From the NCBI GenBank assembly GCA_965209035.1, contig OZ242372.1, positions 928,001 through 992,000 of the forward strand: a stretch of DNA of 64,000 nt, written 5' to 3'. Positions 10,826 to 22,415 of this stretch are shown here, in pieces. The position numbers and the translations under genes were made by a program. Within the stretch, counting starts at the first letter, position 1. Each line of letters opens with the position of its first letter. A model generated the notes under the pieces. The model saw only the letters and a program-made list of their open reading frames with translations. It did no database searches and was not told the origin of the DNA. The stretch comes from Gammaproteobacteria bacterium (GTDB lineage Bacteria > Pseudomonadota > Gammaproteobacteria > CBDBNL01 > JAAOII01).

Positions 10826-11476
10826 CTAAACCCACCAGGTCTTCGGATTACCCACCGGTCGCTTGCGTAATAACAGAACCACTCCCTTAATAAAACGAAT
10901 CAATGCCCAGATATTAAGCATAGCATAGGGCAACACCGCAAGTCCGAGTCTACCGATTAGGCTTAACCCGTTGCCGCCAAACTCCAAACGCATACCGCGC
11001 ACATGACTGTTGTCCAACAGAAAATGAAACCCTTCATTACCAAATTCCAAGTAAGGCACCCGGGAAGAGCCGTTCAACATAAACCAAAAGTCCGTATCCC
11101 GGATTTCCAGGTAGGGGATAACATCCCCGCCCGCTCTTTCAAATAAGAATTGAAACTGCTCACCCGGAAAACCAAAGAACGGAATGAAAGCGCCGAAAAA
11201 ACCAATGAGAACCCCCCAAACAAAAATAGTAATGAGGATGAAATAAAGAACAAACAACCAAAAACCGCGTATCTGATAAGCAAAGTGTGTCCGCTCCTTC
11301 TCATTCGCATCACCAATAGAAATGTAAGCAAGGATCAACCCGATAACAGCCAACATCCCCCAACTCACCGCCGCCAGAAAGAACAGCCAGTAAATGAGCA
11401 TTGGCAGTTTTGTTTTCATGGGATCTATTGTAGGGTTTATAGGCGGGGACTCAATTTTTGTTTGTTGTGTATGCAC
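10826..11476 (-). CDS. DUF4870-like inner membrane protein, paralog B with expanded loop
   Basis: ERTHFAYQIRGFW and NPKTWW; paralogous to 8697-9161. Confidence 0.7.
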   Translation of the reverse strand: MHTQQTKIESPPINPTIDPMKTKLPMLIYWLFFLAAVSWGMLAVIGLILAYISIGDANEKERTHFAYQIRGFWLFVLYFILITIFVWGVLIGFFGAFIPFFGFPGEQFQFLFERAGGDVIPYLEIRDTDFWFMLNGSSRVPYLEFGNEGFHFLLDNSHVRGMRLEFGGNGLSLIGRLGLAVLPYAMLNIWALIRFIKGVVLLLRKRPVGNPKTWWV

Positions 11477-11652
11477 TCACCCGGCGCAGTGCTGTTTGTG
11501 TTTGTGTAAAAAGTCATCGGAACCTGACCTCAAAGTTCTTTGCCAAAGATCCTATTGCATAAGATCTCTCGGGCAGTTTTACATTATTTTTACCGCTTTA
11601 ATTTTATTGTTGAGGGAAGCGGACAGACCTCATAGTCATAGTAGTACCCGCT

Positions 11653-13353
11653 CTAAAAATTACAAAAGAAATCCGTAATTCTTTTAACGATCTTGTTGTG
11701 ACGATCCGCGAGTGTAGCGGGCGACCAAATAGGCTCTTGCTTGGAAAGGTCAAGGACATCCTGCACTTTTGATTTCTTATAATATTTTTCTTGCTTGCGC
11801 CGAAAAAATTCATTACTTGCCGAAATATTAATTTTCCATTCGCAAGGAACCAGGTTGCCGAGACGTTGAATATCCCTGTCATAATCTTCCTTTGTCCAGC
11901 CATCATAATTAATCCAGTCCCGCGGCAAAATATGTTCTATATGTAGCTTACTTCTCTTCCATAACAAGCCTAGATCAAGAATACTACAAAAATCTTCATC
12001 GCTTTGCTTATCGTTGAGTCCCGCTCCTATGAGAATAATTCCTCTCTCATATCTTCTGAGAGGAAATGATTCTATACGTCTTTTGAATTCCTCCAAATCA
12101 TTATCTTTCTCCAAATTATTTTTATATTCTTGTCTATAATCCTTGCCATGCATAATGTTTCTACACACTTTGAATGTCGTGTCTTTGACAGTATTTACTG
12201 AATTGTGATTCACCCCCTTGATATAAAAATATTTTACCGTCCATTGAATCAATTCTTCAAATTTATGAGCAAGTTCGCTACCGACTTCTATCTTAAGATT
12301 GCCATCGCCATCCCATGCGTCGTCGGCATACTTATGCAGAAATACATATAAAGGATATTGCCAATAATCATTAGGATAAAACTGTAATATTTTCCACCAC
12401 TTCTTTATGGTCGGCTGGACTTCCCATGCACCCTGATTAATATGATCCAATTTTTTCAATACGGATGTCGTATTATCATAATTGTTAAAAACTTTTTTCT
12501 TTTTATCAAAATATTTTCTGAGTGCCGTTTCTTTGAGTATGCGTGTATCTGCCGACCGTAACAAATGCATATAAACCCTAAAAAGCCGCAAGTGATCTTT
12601 CAAACCATTCCAAGTTTTAATAAATTTTTGCTTTGACTTTTGTGACGATATGTTTTTATACATTTTTACTTTGAAAATATCCGTGTCATTGAGGGGTGTA
12701 CCTCTATCATTAAGGGTCTCAAATATGGTTAGTGCATCCTCTTGAGAACCACATTCTACCGGAAGAAGGACTACCTTATTCAAGAGTGTTGCTATGAATG
12801 AATGAAGTTTTTGGCTATCCTCATTTTCTTGTCCGTGCCACTCATTAATTTTTTGTTCAAATACCTTATAGTTTTTTGCAAAAGGACTATCTCCTAGTAT
12901 CTCCTCACCATTAGGCAATATAGTTTGTTTCAATGCAGCGTTATCTTCTTCTACAGATTGGGATTCTACACGAGGCTCATCTTTAAGTAGTTTTCCGCTA
13001 ACAGGATCCTTTTTTAGTAAATATTCTTGTAATGTCCCGTAAGTTCTTGCCACTCTGTAAAGAGCTTTGATGAGAAGCGAAAGACTAATAAGCCTTTGTT
13101 GACCATCAATCACCCAAAAAGAATCTTGACTGTCAGAATCTTTACATAGTGTAATCGTTCCAAGAAAATATTCTTCGTTCTTGCTTTGGCTTACCTGATC
13201 CCCTTCAATTTGAGTCCAAAACTCTTCCAGGTCGTCCCACAGTTTTTCACACTGCTCTTCGTCCCAGGTATAGGGTCGCTGATAGTCCGGAATAATATAT
13301 TCATCCGCAAATATCTTCCGAATCTTCTTGGGATGCGCTTCAAGTGCTTTCAT
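11653..13353 (-). CDS. DUF262-DUF1524 (GmrSD/SspE-like) putative modification-dependent nuclease
   Basis: IPDYQRPYTW, IDGQQRL and FETLNDRG (DUF262); IEHILP...LGNL...N HNH motif (DUF1524). Confidence 0.88.
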   Translation of the reverse strand: MKALEAHPKKIRKIFADEYIIPDYQRPYTWDEEQCEKLWDDLEEFWTQIEGDQVSQSKNEEYFLGTITLCKDSDSQDSFWVIDGQQRLISLSLLIKALYRVARTYGTLQEYLLKKDPVSGKLLKDEPRVESQSVEEDNAALKQTILPNGEEILGDSPFAKNYKVFEQKINEWHGQENEDSQKLHSFIATLLNKVVLLPVECGSQEDALTIFETLNDRGTPLNDTDIFKVKMYKNISSQKSKQKFIKTWNGLKDHLRLFRVYMHLLRSADTRILKETALRKYFDKKKKVFNNYDNTTSVLKKLDHINQGAWEVQPTIKKWWKILQFYPNDYWQYPLYVFLHKYADDAWDGDGNLKIEVGSELAHKFEELIQWTVKYFYIKGVNHNSVNTVKDTTFKVCRNIMHGKDYRQEYKNNLEKDNDLEEFKRRIESFPLRRYERGIILIGAGLNDKQSDEDFCSILDLGLLWKRSKLHIEHILPRDWINYDGWTKEDYDRDIQRLGNLVPCEWKINISASNEFFRRKQEKYYKKSKVQDVLDLSKQEPIWSPATLADRHNKIVKRITDFFCNF

Positions 13354-13482
13354 AATGATAATAGTTGTAAGGAGTTGCCCTTTTGAAATAACGAGATCCG
13401 TCCACCTGTTTTCGGATTAGCCTGAATCGCTTTCATAATGATAATAATGATGAAAAAGCGGCAGGAAGGCATTGAGTTACAG

Positions 13483-13704
13483 TTATTTGATATGTCTTGT
13501 TATGTCGTTAGTCGTCAACGGATGCTCCCAAGAAGGAGGCTCATATTGAACTTCCACTTGTTTGGCAGTGAGCAAAGAAAGATAATCATTCATTCTCCTC
13601 GCATCATCGCACCCCTTACTCAGATCTTCTAAAATTTGAAGAACCGTTTTATCTTCTTTACTGATTAAAGTTTGTTTTTTATTATTTTTCATTTTTGTTT
13701 TCAT
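13483..13704 (-). CDS. Small hypothetical protein in the defence island
   Basis: 73-aa ATG ORF co-oriented between res and the DUF262 gene; no recognisable motif. Confidence 0.35.
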   Translation of the reverse strand: MKTKMKNNKKQTLISKEDKTVLQILEDLSKGCDDARRMNDYLSLLTAKQVEVQYEPPSWEHPLTTNDITRHIK

Positions 13705-13757
13705 TTTTTGTTCATTGTCTATTAAAGTCTATTAAAAAATCAAGCAGATGTTAGCCT

Positions 13758-16690
13758 CTACCGTATTCCCGGCAAGGGAATGTCTGTAATAGAATCAATC
13801 CAATAATCTCTATAGCCTGCCGCCACTTGCATCCTATCGCCTCCCCAAAAGCGTAAGTAAACTTTAATATCTTCCAGCCCGTGTCCGTGAAAGGTTTTTT
13901 CTTTCCCGGGCATACCAAAGAAAGATTGATACCCATCGGCTTTGCGTTGATAATCGGCATAGGCCATCCCCTTGGGATCTATAAAGCAGATAGAATACTT
14001 GTTGTCTTTTTTTAGCCAAAATATAAAGTCCGGATTAAATTTGGCTATCTTGTTGATGTTGGCATTGTAATAGGGGATATATACGGCGTCCAAAGCCTCG
14101 TCTAACTTGGAAAACATCCACCAGTCGCATTCACTGAAATGATTGATATTCTCTTCCAAGCATTCAATAAACTGTTTTTCACTCGGGACATTAATAATAT
14201 GGGTTAAGTAATCAATCTTGTCTCCCTCGGAAACAAACAAAGGGTGATAATAGTGGTCGGCAAGATATTTTATATTTACCTCGTTATTGTTTATAGAAAA
14301 ACTTCCGGCATCGTGCCACAGGTCCCGTTGCTTATCGTATTCTTGTCTGCCCACACGCTCAAGAAGATCATCTAATTCGGATGATTTTTGAGGATAGTTT
14401 TTTATAACACCAATTTTTTCTTTTAAGGTAGTATAGTCACCGGGATTTCCTCTAAATTGGATTTTCTTAAAATGAATAATTTCTTTATCTAACTTCTTAA
14501 ACTCTTTGAATTCATCAGACTCTAAAGCAAAATAATGCATCATTCTTTCCAAAGATCTTTGGGGGTTATTGAGAACCCTGGCCTCCGCGTGGTCATAATG
14601 ATCTTTCGGTTTGTTTAGTGTTTCATGTATCTTGTATAGAATTCGGGGTTCGCAATCGTATTTCATTAAAGCCACCTTATCCCCGACATCGTTTAGAAAA
14701 TGTTCGGAGGATGTTAAGTCTTGTCGGCTAATTGGATACTTACTCATCTTTTTGGTCTCTATTAATAATTCGGATGACTTCTCATAAACCGGTATCAGTA
14801 GTTTTCTTGTTTCAGATTCTTGATTAAGAATGAACAGATCTCCCAGTGGTTTATATTCCGCTTCGCCCTTCATATGCTCCGTGACGGACTTTAGATTCTG
14901 TGCATTCGTACCAAAAATAAACAGGCTTTCAAGCATGGGAGTATTTTCTTTTAGTTCATCGTAGAGCTCCGTTTTTACCTCTTTACTGTCGTGCAGAGAT
15001 GACAGACGCTTCCTTTTATTTTCCATAGGCTCTATACGCACACCGCGCCCGATAGACTGCAGAACAAATTTTTTGGAATCCTTCCCCTTGCCAATATTAA
15101 CAAAAAGGATAATGTTCGGGCGGTTAGAATCCCAACCCTCATAGAAAGTACGTGATCCCATCAGAATATTTATATCGGATTCTCTGTTATTAAGAGCGCC
15201 AAAAATACTTTCGTCATCATAACGCTCGGTGATTTCTTTATTTTCCAGGATGCTTTTTATCCAACCGGATATATCACCAATTTTAATCAGCGCAAAGGGT
15301 TTTTCAGATGTATGTAGTTTGAATGCTATTTCTTGTTGATTGCCGGGGATCTTAAGCACTTCAAGTTTACCGGGAATGCCGGTATTAAAGACATCCTCTA
15401 AAACATTCTCATATCCTATTTGGGGTAGTTCGGATTCGCTGATTTCAATTTCTTCTTTTCCAAAGAAATATTTGGCATCTCGCATTTCATCTGTCAATTC
15501 TTCCTTTGCCAGTTCAAATAAATTGTCTTTTATTTTGTTGCCCGCTATTTTTTCTATTTCTTTAAAGAACAATGCCAGGTCCGGTTCTTGTTTGGCGTCC
15601 GGTTTTTTGCTCTTGGGATTAACTGAATTGACAAGAGTTAAAAGCATCGGCTTATGATAATAGCCGGCACCTACCGCGCTTACTTTTTTATAGTGACTGC
15701 TAATATAAGTTTGCAAGATAAGTGCTTTTAGGACAACTTTTTGCTTCTCTATATCCGAAAAATCGGTTTCTTCATCAAACCCCTCTATACTATTTTCCGA
15801 CAAATAGATCCGTTTGCCGTAGCCCGCATCTATAAATTTTTCGAGGTTAAAGTTAAAGGCACAGGTAGACCTATCATGGTCTTCGGTGAAGGTAGCCGAA
15901 AAATTAAACAAAAAAGCATTGCGTGAAAGAATAGAATAGAATATTTGTCTTTTACTATCCCCGTTACGCCCTCTATGGGCCTCATCCAAAAAAATAAACC
16001 AGTTACCCCGGTTGTCATAATCTCTAAAATCAATCATGTTTTCTTTGCGTTCATCGGAGATTAAGTCAGAGCGATAATAAAACACCTTTATCTCATCGCC
16101 CGAGAACAGGTTAGAGTTTTCGCGCTTCACCCGGTCATATTCTTTTAAGTTTATTAATTTTATTTTCACGGGGGAGTGTTGATTAAACTCATTCACCAGT
16201 ATCTCAAACTGGCGAATTAAATTTTGGCGATGAGCTAAAAACAGAATATCATGCTCGGGAATCTTCTCTCCGGAAACAAGATTTCCTATTATCTCAATCA
16301 ACTTAATAATCACCAGCGTTTTCCCGGAGCCGGTAGCCATCCAAAAACTCATCCGATTAATAAAATGGGTGAAGGATATTTCGTCGTTATTTATAGGATA
16401 GTCATTGCCATAATCTTCCAAGAGATATTTATTCGCCTTACTTTTTTATATCCTTTAAATGCTATGTTGTCTGTTTGGTACATTTCAAAAAAATTGCTTT
16501 TCTTATTTTCCGCTTCATTGGCATAATACAGCCAAAGAGTTTTAAGGGCATTTTCCAAAGCCCTTTGTTGAAAGTCAAACAGATACTTCTTATCGGAAAA
16601 ATACTTCAACACAACGCCCTCATGCCAATCTTGTGGCAGGTCATTATTAAAGTCGGTTTTCTTTAGGATGTCTTCAAGCGTTTGGGTCAT
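13758..16690 (-). pseudogene. res: Type III restriction enzyme Res subunit 1, split by a frameshift near 16442-16447
   Basis: ORF 16391-16705 encodes the N-terminus (LFDFQQRAL). ORF 13758-16421 has MATGSGKT, DEAH, EGWD, QSIGRGVR and PDFIFW..IDPKG. Both parts are collinear with the intact paralog 19470-22415. Confidence 0.85.
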
Positions 16691-19116
16691 TTTGCCTCCC
16701 ACCAAATGAGAGGTTTGATTCGTTTGTAGTCCAAATCCTTTGTATTAATTTTTGTATCATCGGCAAAGATAACTTCCTCTTTTTTAATTGCCTTAATCCA
16801 CTTACCGGTCAGGTTGGACAGGGTTTCCGCTATGTCTATATTGGGATAGATCGCATTTAAATTCACTTGAACCTTATTATTTTTACAATCAATCTCGAGG
16901 CTACTCAGCATTTTTTCGTCTTTCATAAAGACATATTCCAGATAGGGTGATCTGTCCGAAACAGAAAGTAAATCACCATCTCCGTATTGACACTTAGCCA
17001 ACGCTTCCTCATATTGCTCCAGTTCGTAATACTTGAAAAAGCCCCCGCCCTTGTATGCGGGCATTTCTTCAGAAATACCAGTATTATCGTAAGATAATAC
17101 TTTTTTCATTCTGGGTAAGGCTACCGTGTAAAAATGCTCACCCATCTCTACGCCAAGCCATTTTCTATTCAGTTTATGCGCGACTGCGGTTGTGGTGCCG
17201 GAGCCGAGAAAAAAATCGCATACCATCTCACCGCTTGCAAGAGAAGAGGTTGTGATTGCTCTTTCAATGATTTTTTCATTGTTCTCAGTTGTAAAGCCCC
17301 AGGTTGAAGAGTATCCCACAAAATCTGTCCAATTATCTGTTAATTTTTGATTCTCTGACTCTTCTGTTTGGGGGACTCCGCTATCACTCCGTCTAATTTT
17401 ATTCTCTTTTTCCAGTTCAAAAATGGAATGCTGACTTAATGCCCAGTGCCGCCCATCCGGGGGCAATAGTTCTTTTCCAAGTATTATTCTCGCTCTTGTT
17501 GCCATATTTCCGTTTTTTTCTCTCAGATTATCTTGTGAAAATAGGTTAACATGCTCATCGGGCAATGGTGACCACCGAACTCCCGGCAAGTGCATCCCTC
17601 TCCATTTCGGATTCTCCCTTTTCTTTGTGGATGTGGTAAAAGAAAATAAGTTAGTTTTTGAATAAAAAAGTAAAGAGTCGTGCCCGCTATGATATCTGTT
17701 GATTTCTTCCGTTAACTTTGCTGACTTGCTAACAATGATCTCATTTTGATAATTTAATATCTCATCCATCAAACATCTCACAATCCAATTCCCGTTATAA
17801 TCACAACGAACAAAAATACTGCCCTTTGCATTCAACCATTCTTTGGACAGGTGCAGACGATTTTCCAGCAAAGTAGCCCAGTTGGAATCCTTGTAGTTAG
17901 TGCGATATAAAAACCGATCGCCGGAGTCTAAGTTAAACGGCGGATCAATATAAATGGTTTGCACCTTTTCTCGAAACTTCGGCAATATGGTATTGAGTGC
18001 TTGATAGTTCTCACTCTTTATCAGCCAGCCGTCCAGAGCCTCGTCTAAGTTATCAAATTGAGCCAGAATATCCAACTCCAGATCCTTAAAGTATTTTGTA
18101 TCAATCGGCGCTTTGGGGTTGGCTTCGTCTATATCCAATTCTTTCCATTCCCGGACTTGTTTTTTATAACCCTGATGCTTTTTAATTTTATTTACAAGAT
18201 TTTTCTCCAATCGGTTCATCGTAATAACATAGTTGCTACTTTTGACAAACTTCGGCTTGTTCCATATCCGCACCAACTCATCTTCAAACTGCGATATAAA
18301 ATCAATCATCTTGAAAGCAACTTTTTTGAGGATTTGTAACTGATTGACCCGATCCCCGCTCCATTCGTCGGCCCCTTCCCAGAAATATTGATAACCCCAA
18401 AGTTTAAACTGCTCTTGGAGAAATCCCTTCGCATTCTTGTTTATGAAAAAATCTACCTCGCTTTGTCGCCCAAAAATTCCAAAAGCACGTTCCAACTGAT
18501 CTTGAGTGATCCTTATATCCAATTTTTTTATTGCCTTTACCGTATCATCCGGATCTGTCCTTTTGCCATTTTCCGAGTAAGCGACATCAAACTTTATGAC
18601 CTGATCCCCGGCCTTCTTTAAATTAAAAAGGATGGATTTTCTTTCATTCGCTTTCTTGTTTTCCAGCTGAGAAGCATCAAAGAAAAATTTCAACCCATCA
18701 AACTCTACCTCTTGGCTTGTTAAAATGCTGTCCGTCTTGACATAGTAAAGCATCTGCGTCTTCCAGAACAACATAACATCCTTTTCATTGGTATAGACCT
18801 TTTCATAGATATTGTTATGAAAAGGAGTATCATTAAAATAAATGGAGCCATTCTGTGTGAAATAGCGATGAAAAAAGGAATGAAGTTTGTCAAATAATTC
18901 GTCTCTAAAACGAGGGTGATCCTCCAGGGCTTCCTCGATATCTTGCTCTAACAGATTCTTAATTTTTCTGTAATAGCCCGACTTTATATTCATCAGGTTG
19001 ACAAAGCCGCCCTTACCCTCAACCTTGGCCCCAATAAAGACATCTCTTAAAGCGGAATAAAATTTTTGTTCTTTTGTTTGTTCTTTTGAAGGCATACTAT
19101 TGACTATTTTATACAA
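16687..19116 (-). CDS. mod: Type III R-M methyltransferase Mod 1
   Basis: IYIDPPFN (motif IV) precedes DFFLGSGTT (motif I), beta-class order; overlaps the res start. Confidence 0.92.
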   Translation of the reverse strand: MYKIVNSMPSKEQTKEQKFYSALRDVFIGAKVEGKGGFVNLMNIKSGYYRKIKNLLEQDIEEALEDHPRFRDELFDKLHSFFHRYFTQNGSIYFNDTPFHNNIYEKVYTNEKDVMLFWKTQMLYYVKTDSILTSQEVEFDGLKFFFDASQLENKKANERKSILFNLKKAGDQVIKFDVAYSENGKRTDPDDTVKAIKKLDIRITQDQLERAFGIFGRQSEVDFFINKNAKGFLQEQFKLWGYQYFWEGADEWSGDRVNQLQILKKVAFKMIDFISQFEDELVRIWNKPKFVKSSNYVITMNRLEKNLVNKIKKHQGYKKQVREWKELDIDEANPKAPIDTKYFKDLELDILAQFDNLDEALDGWLIKSENYQALNTILPKFREKVQTIYIDPPFNLDSGDRFLYRTNYKDSNWATLLENRLHLSKEWLNAKGSIFVRCDYNGNWIVRCLMDEILNYQNEIIVSKSAKLTEEINRYHSGHDSLLFYSKTNLFSFTTSTKKRENPKWRGMHLPGVRWSPLPDEHVNLFSQDNLREKNGNMATRARIILGKELLPPDGRHWALSQHSIFELEKENKIRRSDSGVPQTEESENQKLTDNWTDFVGYSSTWGFTTENNEKIIERAITTSSLASGEMVCDFFLGSGTTTAVAHKLNRKWLGVEMGEHFYTVALPRMKKVLSYDNTGISEEMPAYKGGGFFKYYELEQYEEALAKCQYGDGDLLSVSDRSPYLEYVFMKDEKMLSSLEIDCKNNKVQVNLNAIYPNIDIAETLSNLTGKWIKAIKKEEVIFADDTKINTKDLDYKRIKPLIWWEAK

Positions 19117-19469
19117 AAAGAGATACTAAGAAACCCCAACAACCGGCAATACAACCCCCTTTTTGTCCGTGTAAAAATTCTTTTTGTGTCTGCCCCAATC
19201 GGGCGATAACAAATAACGGGAGGGTCCGGTCCGGCACAACATAGCTCATCTCAGATCAAGAGATTAAAAGAGATTTTTTCATCTGCGCGCTAACAATCAG
19301 CCGGAATAATCACTTCCGTTGTTCGGCAGCATTTGTTCCATATGTCCTTTTATAAATTTGAGGAAGACGGATCAAGAAACTGACAAAAGTTTTTTAGCCG
19401 TTTATGCAATTATCTCTCTGCCATTTCATTCATTCGAATAAAAGAGAAAAATTTCTGAGCAAGATCCTG

Positions 19470-22415
19470 CTATAAAGATTGCGTGATTTTGTCCGTAAAG
19501 TGTCTAAATCCGTTTATCCAATATTTACGATAACCCAGGGGGAAACTGTCAGCCTGTTCATTAAAGAAAAACAACGAAACTCGAACCTTGAGACCGTGTT
19601 CCTCAAAAACTCTTTTCTCTTTATTTTGTTTGGTAAACAGAAGATCATATCCGTCCGCTTTATATTCATAATCTGTATGAGCACCTCCTTTGGGGTCAAT
19701 GAAAACTATGTGATAATCATTTTCTTTCTTGAGCCAAAAAATAAAATCGGGATTAAATTTTGCAATTTTGGAACTCTGTTTATTGTAGTAAGGGATATAA
19801 ACGCTGTCCAAACTTTCATCCAGTTTGGAAAACATCCACCAGTCAAAATTTCCGTCCAATAACTCTCCTTCCGCCTCCAGTTTGTTTATGAACTTTACCT
19901 CGCTTTTTACTTTGATGATATGATTGAGATAATCCATCTTCTCTGATTGCGACACCAATAGCGGATGATAATAGTGATTAGGAATGTACTTAATATTAAC
20001 TTTTTTATATTCTCCCGCTTTCTCAAACAATTTTTTTTGTTGATCATAAGCATCTTGATCCCCTTGCTCAAAGATGCCCTTAAGTTCTTCCTTTTTCCGG
20101 GGAGTGGTTTTTATCACTTCTATTTTTTCTTTTAATTTTTGATACTCCTCTTCTGTTCCTCTGAATTTAATTTGTTTGAAATGAACAATTTGGTTATCCA
20201 AACTAATGATTTTATGAAAATCTTCTCCTTCAATTCTTAAATAGTTAAGAATTCTTTTTAGCAATAACTCCGGTTCGCTCAAAGAATCATTAATGATCTT
20301 GAAATATTTTTTCCGTTTGTTTTTCGCCATGACTTTTTTTGCAGATTGCAATTCTTTGGGCTTGAAGCCAAATTTTAGGATTGCCGTTTTTTCCCCGATG
20401 TAATCCAGAAACTCTATTGCCAAATCAATATCTCTTTCACTGATGGGGTGCCTGAAAACCGTGTCTGACTCAGTCGGTGTCTTCCCCAATTTTTTATAAG
20501 AAGGGATAAGCAAGGATCTGCTGCCGGCATCTTGATTAAGATCAATGATTTGCCCGATTTCTCGGTCCGGTTCGGAACGTTCTTTCTTTAATTCGGTTAA
20601 AACACTTCTTAATGCCTCCGCTTTTGTACCAAAAATAAACAAACTCTCCGGAAACGGAGCATGTTTTTTTATCCGCTCATAAATATCCGGTTCTATTTCT
20701 TGGGAATTGAATAACTTAAGCAGCCTCTTTCTCTTATTTTTTAGGGGCTCAATTCTCACCCCGCGCCCGATAGATTGTTGGACAAACTTCCGCGCGGCCG
20801 CATGAACGCCGATATTGATAAACAAAATAATATTCGGGCGATTGGAATCCCAGCCTTCATAAAACGCTCGCGAACCCATTAAGATATTGATTTGAGAATC
20901 GTCTTGGTTAATCTGTTCAAAGATACTTTGATGCTCAAAACTTTCCGTGATTTCATATTCCTCAAGTGTATTATTTAACCATCCGGAGATGTTGCCAATT
21001 TTTATGAGGGCAAATGGTTTGTCGGATGTTTGTAACTTAAATGCCACTTCCTTGTTATTATTTGGAATTTTTAGGACCTCAATATTACCGGGAGTTTCCG
21101 CATGAAATACAGCCTTTAGGACATCCTTGTATTTTATTTCTTCCAAATAATTCTCATCGTCCTCAAGTCGCTCGTTATCAAAAATACTTTCTTGTTGCAG
21201 ATCTGCCGACAGATCTTGCTTGGCTTGGTTGAACAGGTCGGGTGTTATTCGATCAAGTGCCACTTTTTTTATTTCTGAAAAAAATAATGCCAGGTCCGGT
21301 TCATCTCCCAGACTCGACTCATTTACCGAATGAACCAATGTCATCAATAGCGGTTTGTGATACAAATTGTCTCCCTGTTCTTTTATTTTTTCACAGTGTT
21401 TATTAATGTATGTTTGTAAGATAAGCGACTTCAAAATAATTTTTTGTTTCTGTTGCGGCGCGAAATCGTTCTCTGTCCCAAATCCTTCTATAGATTTTTC
21501 CGATAAGTAAATATGCTTTCCATATCCCTCTTGGATAAATTTCTCCAGATTGAAATTAAAAGCGCAAGTTGCCAGATCCAGAGGGTCGGTAAAGGTGGCG
21601 GAGAAGTTAAATAAAAATCCTTGTCTGGCAAGAATGGAATACAGGATCTGGCGTTTACTGTCCCCGCTTTTGCTTCCTTTGTGTGCCTCGTCCAAAAAAA
21701 CAAACCATTTTCCGTGATTATCATAATTTCTAAAATTGACTTGGTTTTTTTTCTGCTCGTCGTCCATTAGATCAGAGCGATAATAAAACACAGTGATCCT
21801 ATTTTTATCCGAAGAAACAGTATGATGTTTTACCTGTTCATACTCTCTTAGATTTTTTAAGTTGATCTTTAAATCATGGTGGTAGCGATTATATTCGTCC
21901 ACATGCTTTTTGAATTGCTCCAACAGATCTGCGCGATGTGCCAAGAACATAATATCGTTTTGCGGTAACTGCTTGTTTTTGATGAGTTCACCTAAAAATT
22001 CTATCAATTTAATAATCACAAGTGTTTTACCGGAGCCTGTTGCCATCCAGAAACTCATCCGGTTGATAAAACAGGAAAAGGGAACTTCCGAATTATCTAC
22101 GGGAAAATCTTTCTCGTGCTCGGCAAGATATCGATAGCCTTTGTTTTTTATGCTAACGCCCAACTTACCCCCAATTCCATTTTCCGTATAAAAATAAGAT
22201 AATTTGTTTTTATCGCCCCGGTTTTTTTCATAGAAAAACCATAAGCCTTTCAGAGCACTGATCAGGGCATCTTGTTGAAAGTCAAAAAGATTTTTATTTT
22301 CTGAAAATTGTTTTAGTTCTTGAAGTTGCCACAAGTCGGATGCCTCATTTTCAAAAGGGACATCTTCCAAAATATCGGACAAAAAAGCATGGGACATGGT
22401 TTTTATTCCCACCAA
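19470..22415 (-). CDS. res: Type III restriction enzyme Res subunit 2 (intact)
   Basis: MATGSGKT, DEAH, YEGWD, QSIGRGVR and a C-terminal PD-(D/E)xK nuclease motif. Confidence 0.92.
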   Translation of the reverse strand: MVGIKTMSHAFLSDILEDVPFENEASDLWQLQELKQFSENKNLFDFQQDALISALKGLWFFYEKNRGDKNKLSYFYTENGIGGKLGVSIKNKGYRYLAEHEKDFPVDNSEVPFSCFINRMSFWMATGSGKTLVIIKLIEFLGELIKNKQLPQNDIMFLAHRADLLEQFKKHVDEYNRYHHDLKINLKNLREYEQVKHHTVSSDKNRITVFYYRSDLMDDEQKKNQVNFRNYDNHGKWFVFLDEAHKGSKSGDSKRQILYSILARQGFLFNFSATFTDPLDLATCAFNFNLEKFIQEGYGKHIYLSEKSIEGFGTENDFAPQQKQKIILKSLILQTYINKHCEKIKEQGDNLYHKPLLMTLVHSVNESSLGDEPDLALFFSEIKKVALDRITPDLFNQAKQDLSADLQQESIFDNERLEDDENYLEEIKYKDVLKAVFHAETPGNIEVLKIPNNNKEVAFKLQTSDKPFALIKIGNISGWLNNTLEEYEITESFEHQSIFEQINQDDSQINILMGSRAFYEGWDSNRPNIILFINIGVHAAARKFVQQSIGRGVRIEPLKNKRKRLLKLFNSQEIEPDIYERIKKHAPFPESLFIFGTKAEALRSVLTELKKERSEPDREIGQIIDLNQDAGSRSLLIPSYKKLGKTPTESDTVFRHPISERDIDLAIEFLDYIGEKTAILKFGFKPKELQSAKKVMAKNKRKKYFKIINDSLSEPELLLKRILNYLRIEGEDFHKIISLDNQIVHFKQIKFRGTEEEYQKLKEKIEVIKTTPRKKEELKGIFEQGDQDAYDQQKKLFEKAGEYKKVNIKYIPNHYYHPLLVSQSEKMDYLNHIIKVKSEVKFINKLEAEGELLDGNFDWWMFSKLDESLDSVYIPYYNKQSSKIAKFNPDFIFWLKKENDYHIVFIDPKGGAHTDYEYKADGYDLLFTKQNKEKRVFEEHGLKVRVSLFFFNEQADSFPLGYRKYWINGFRHFTDKITQSL

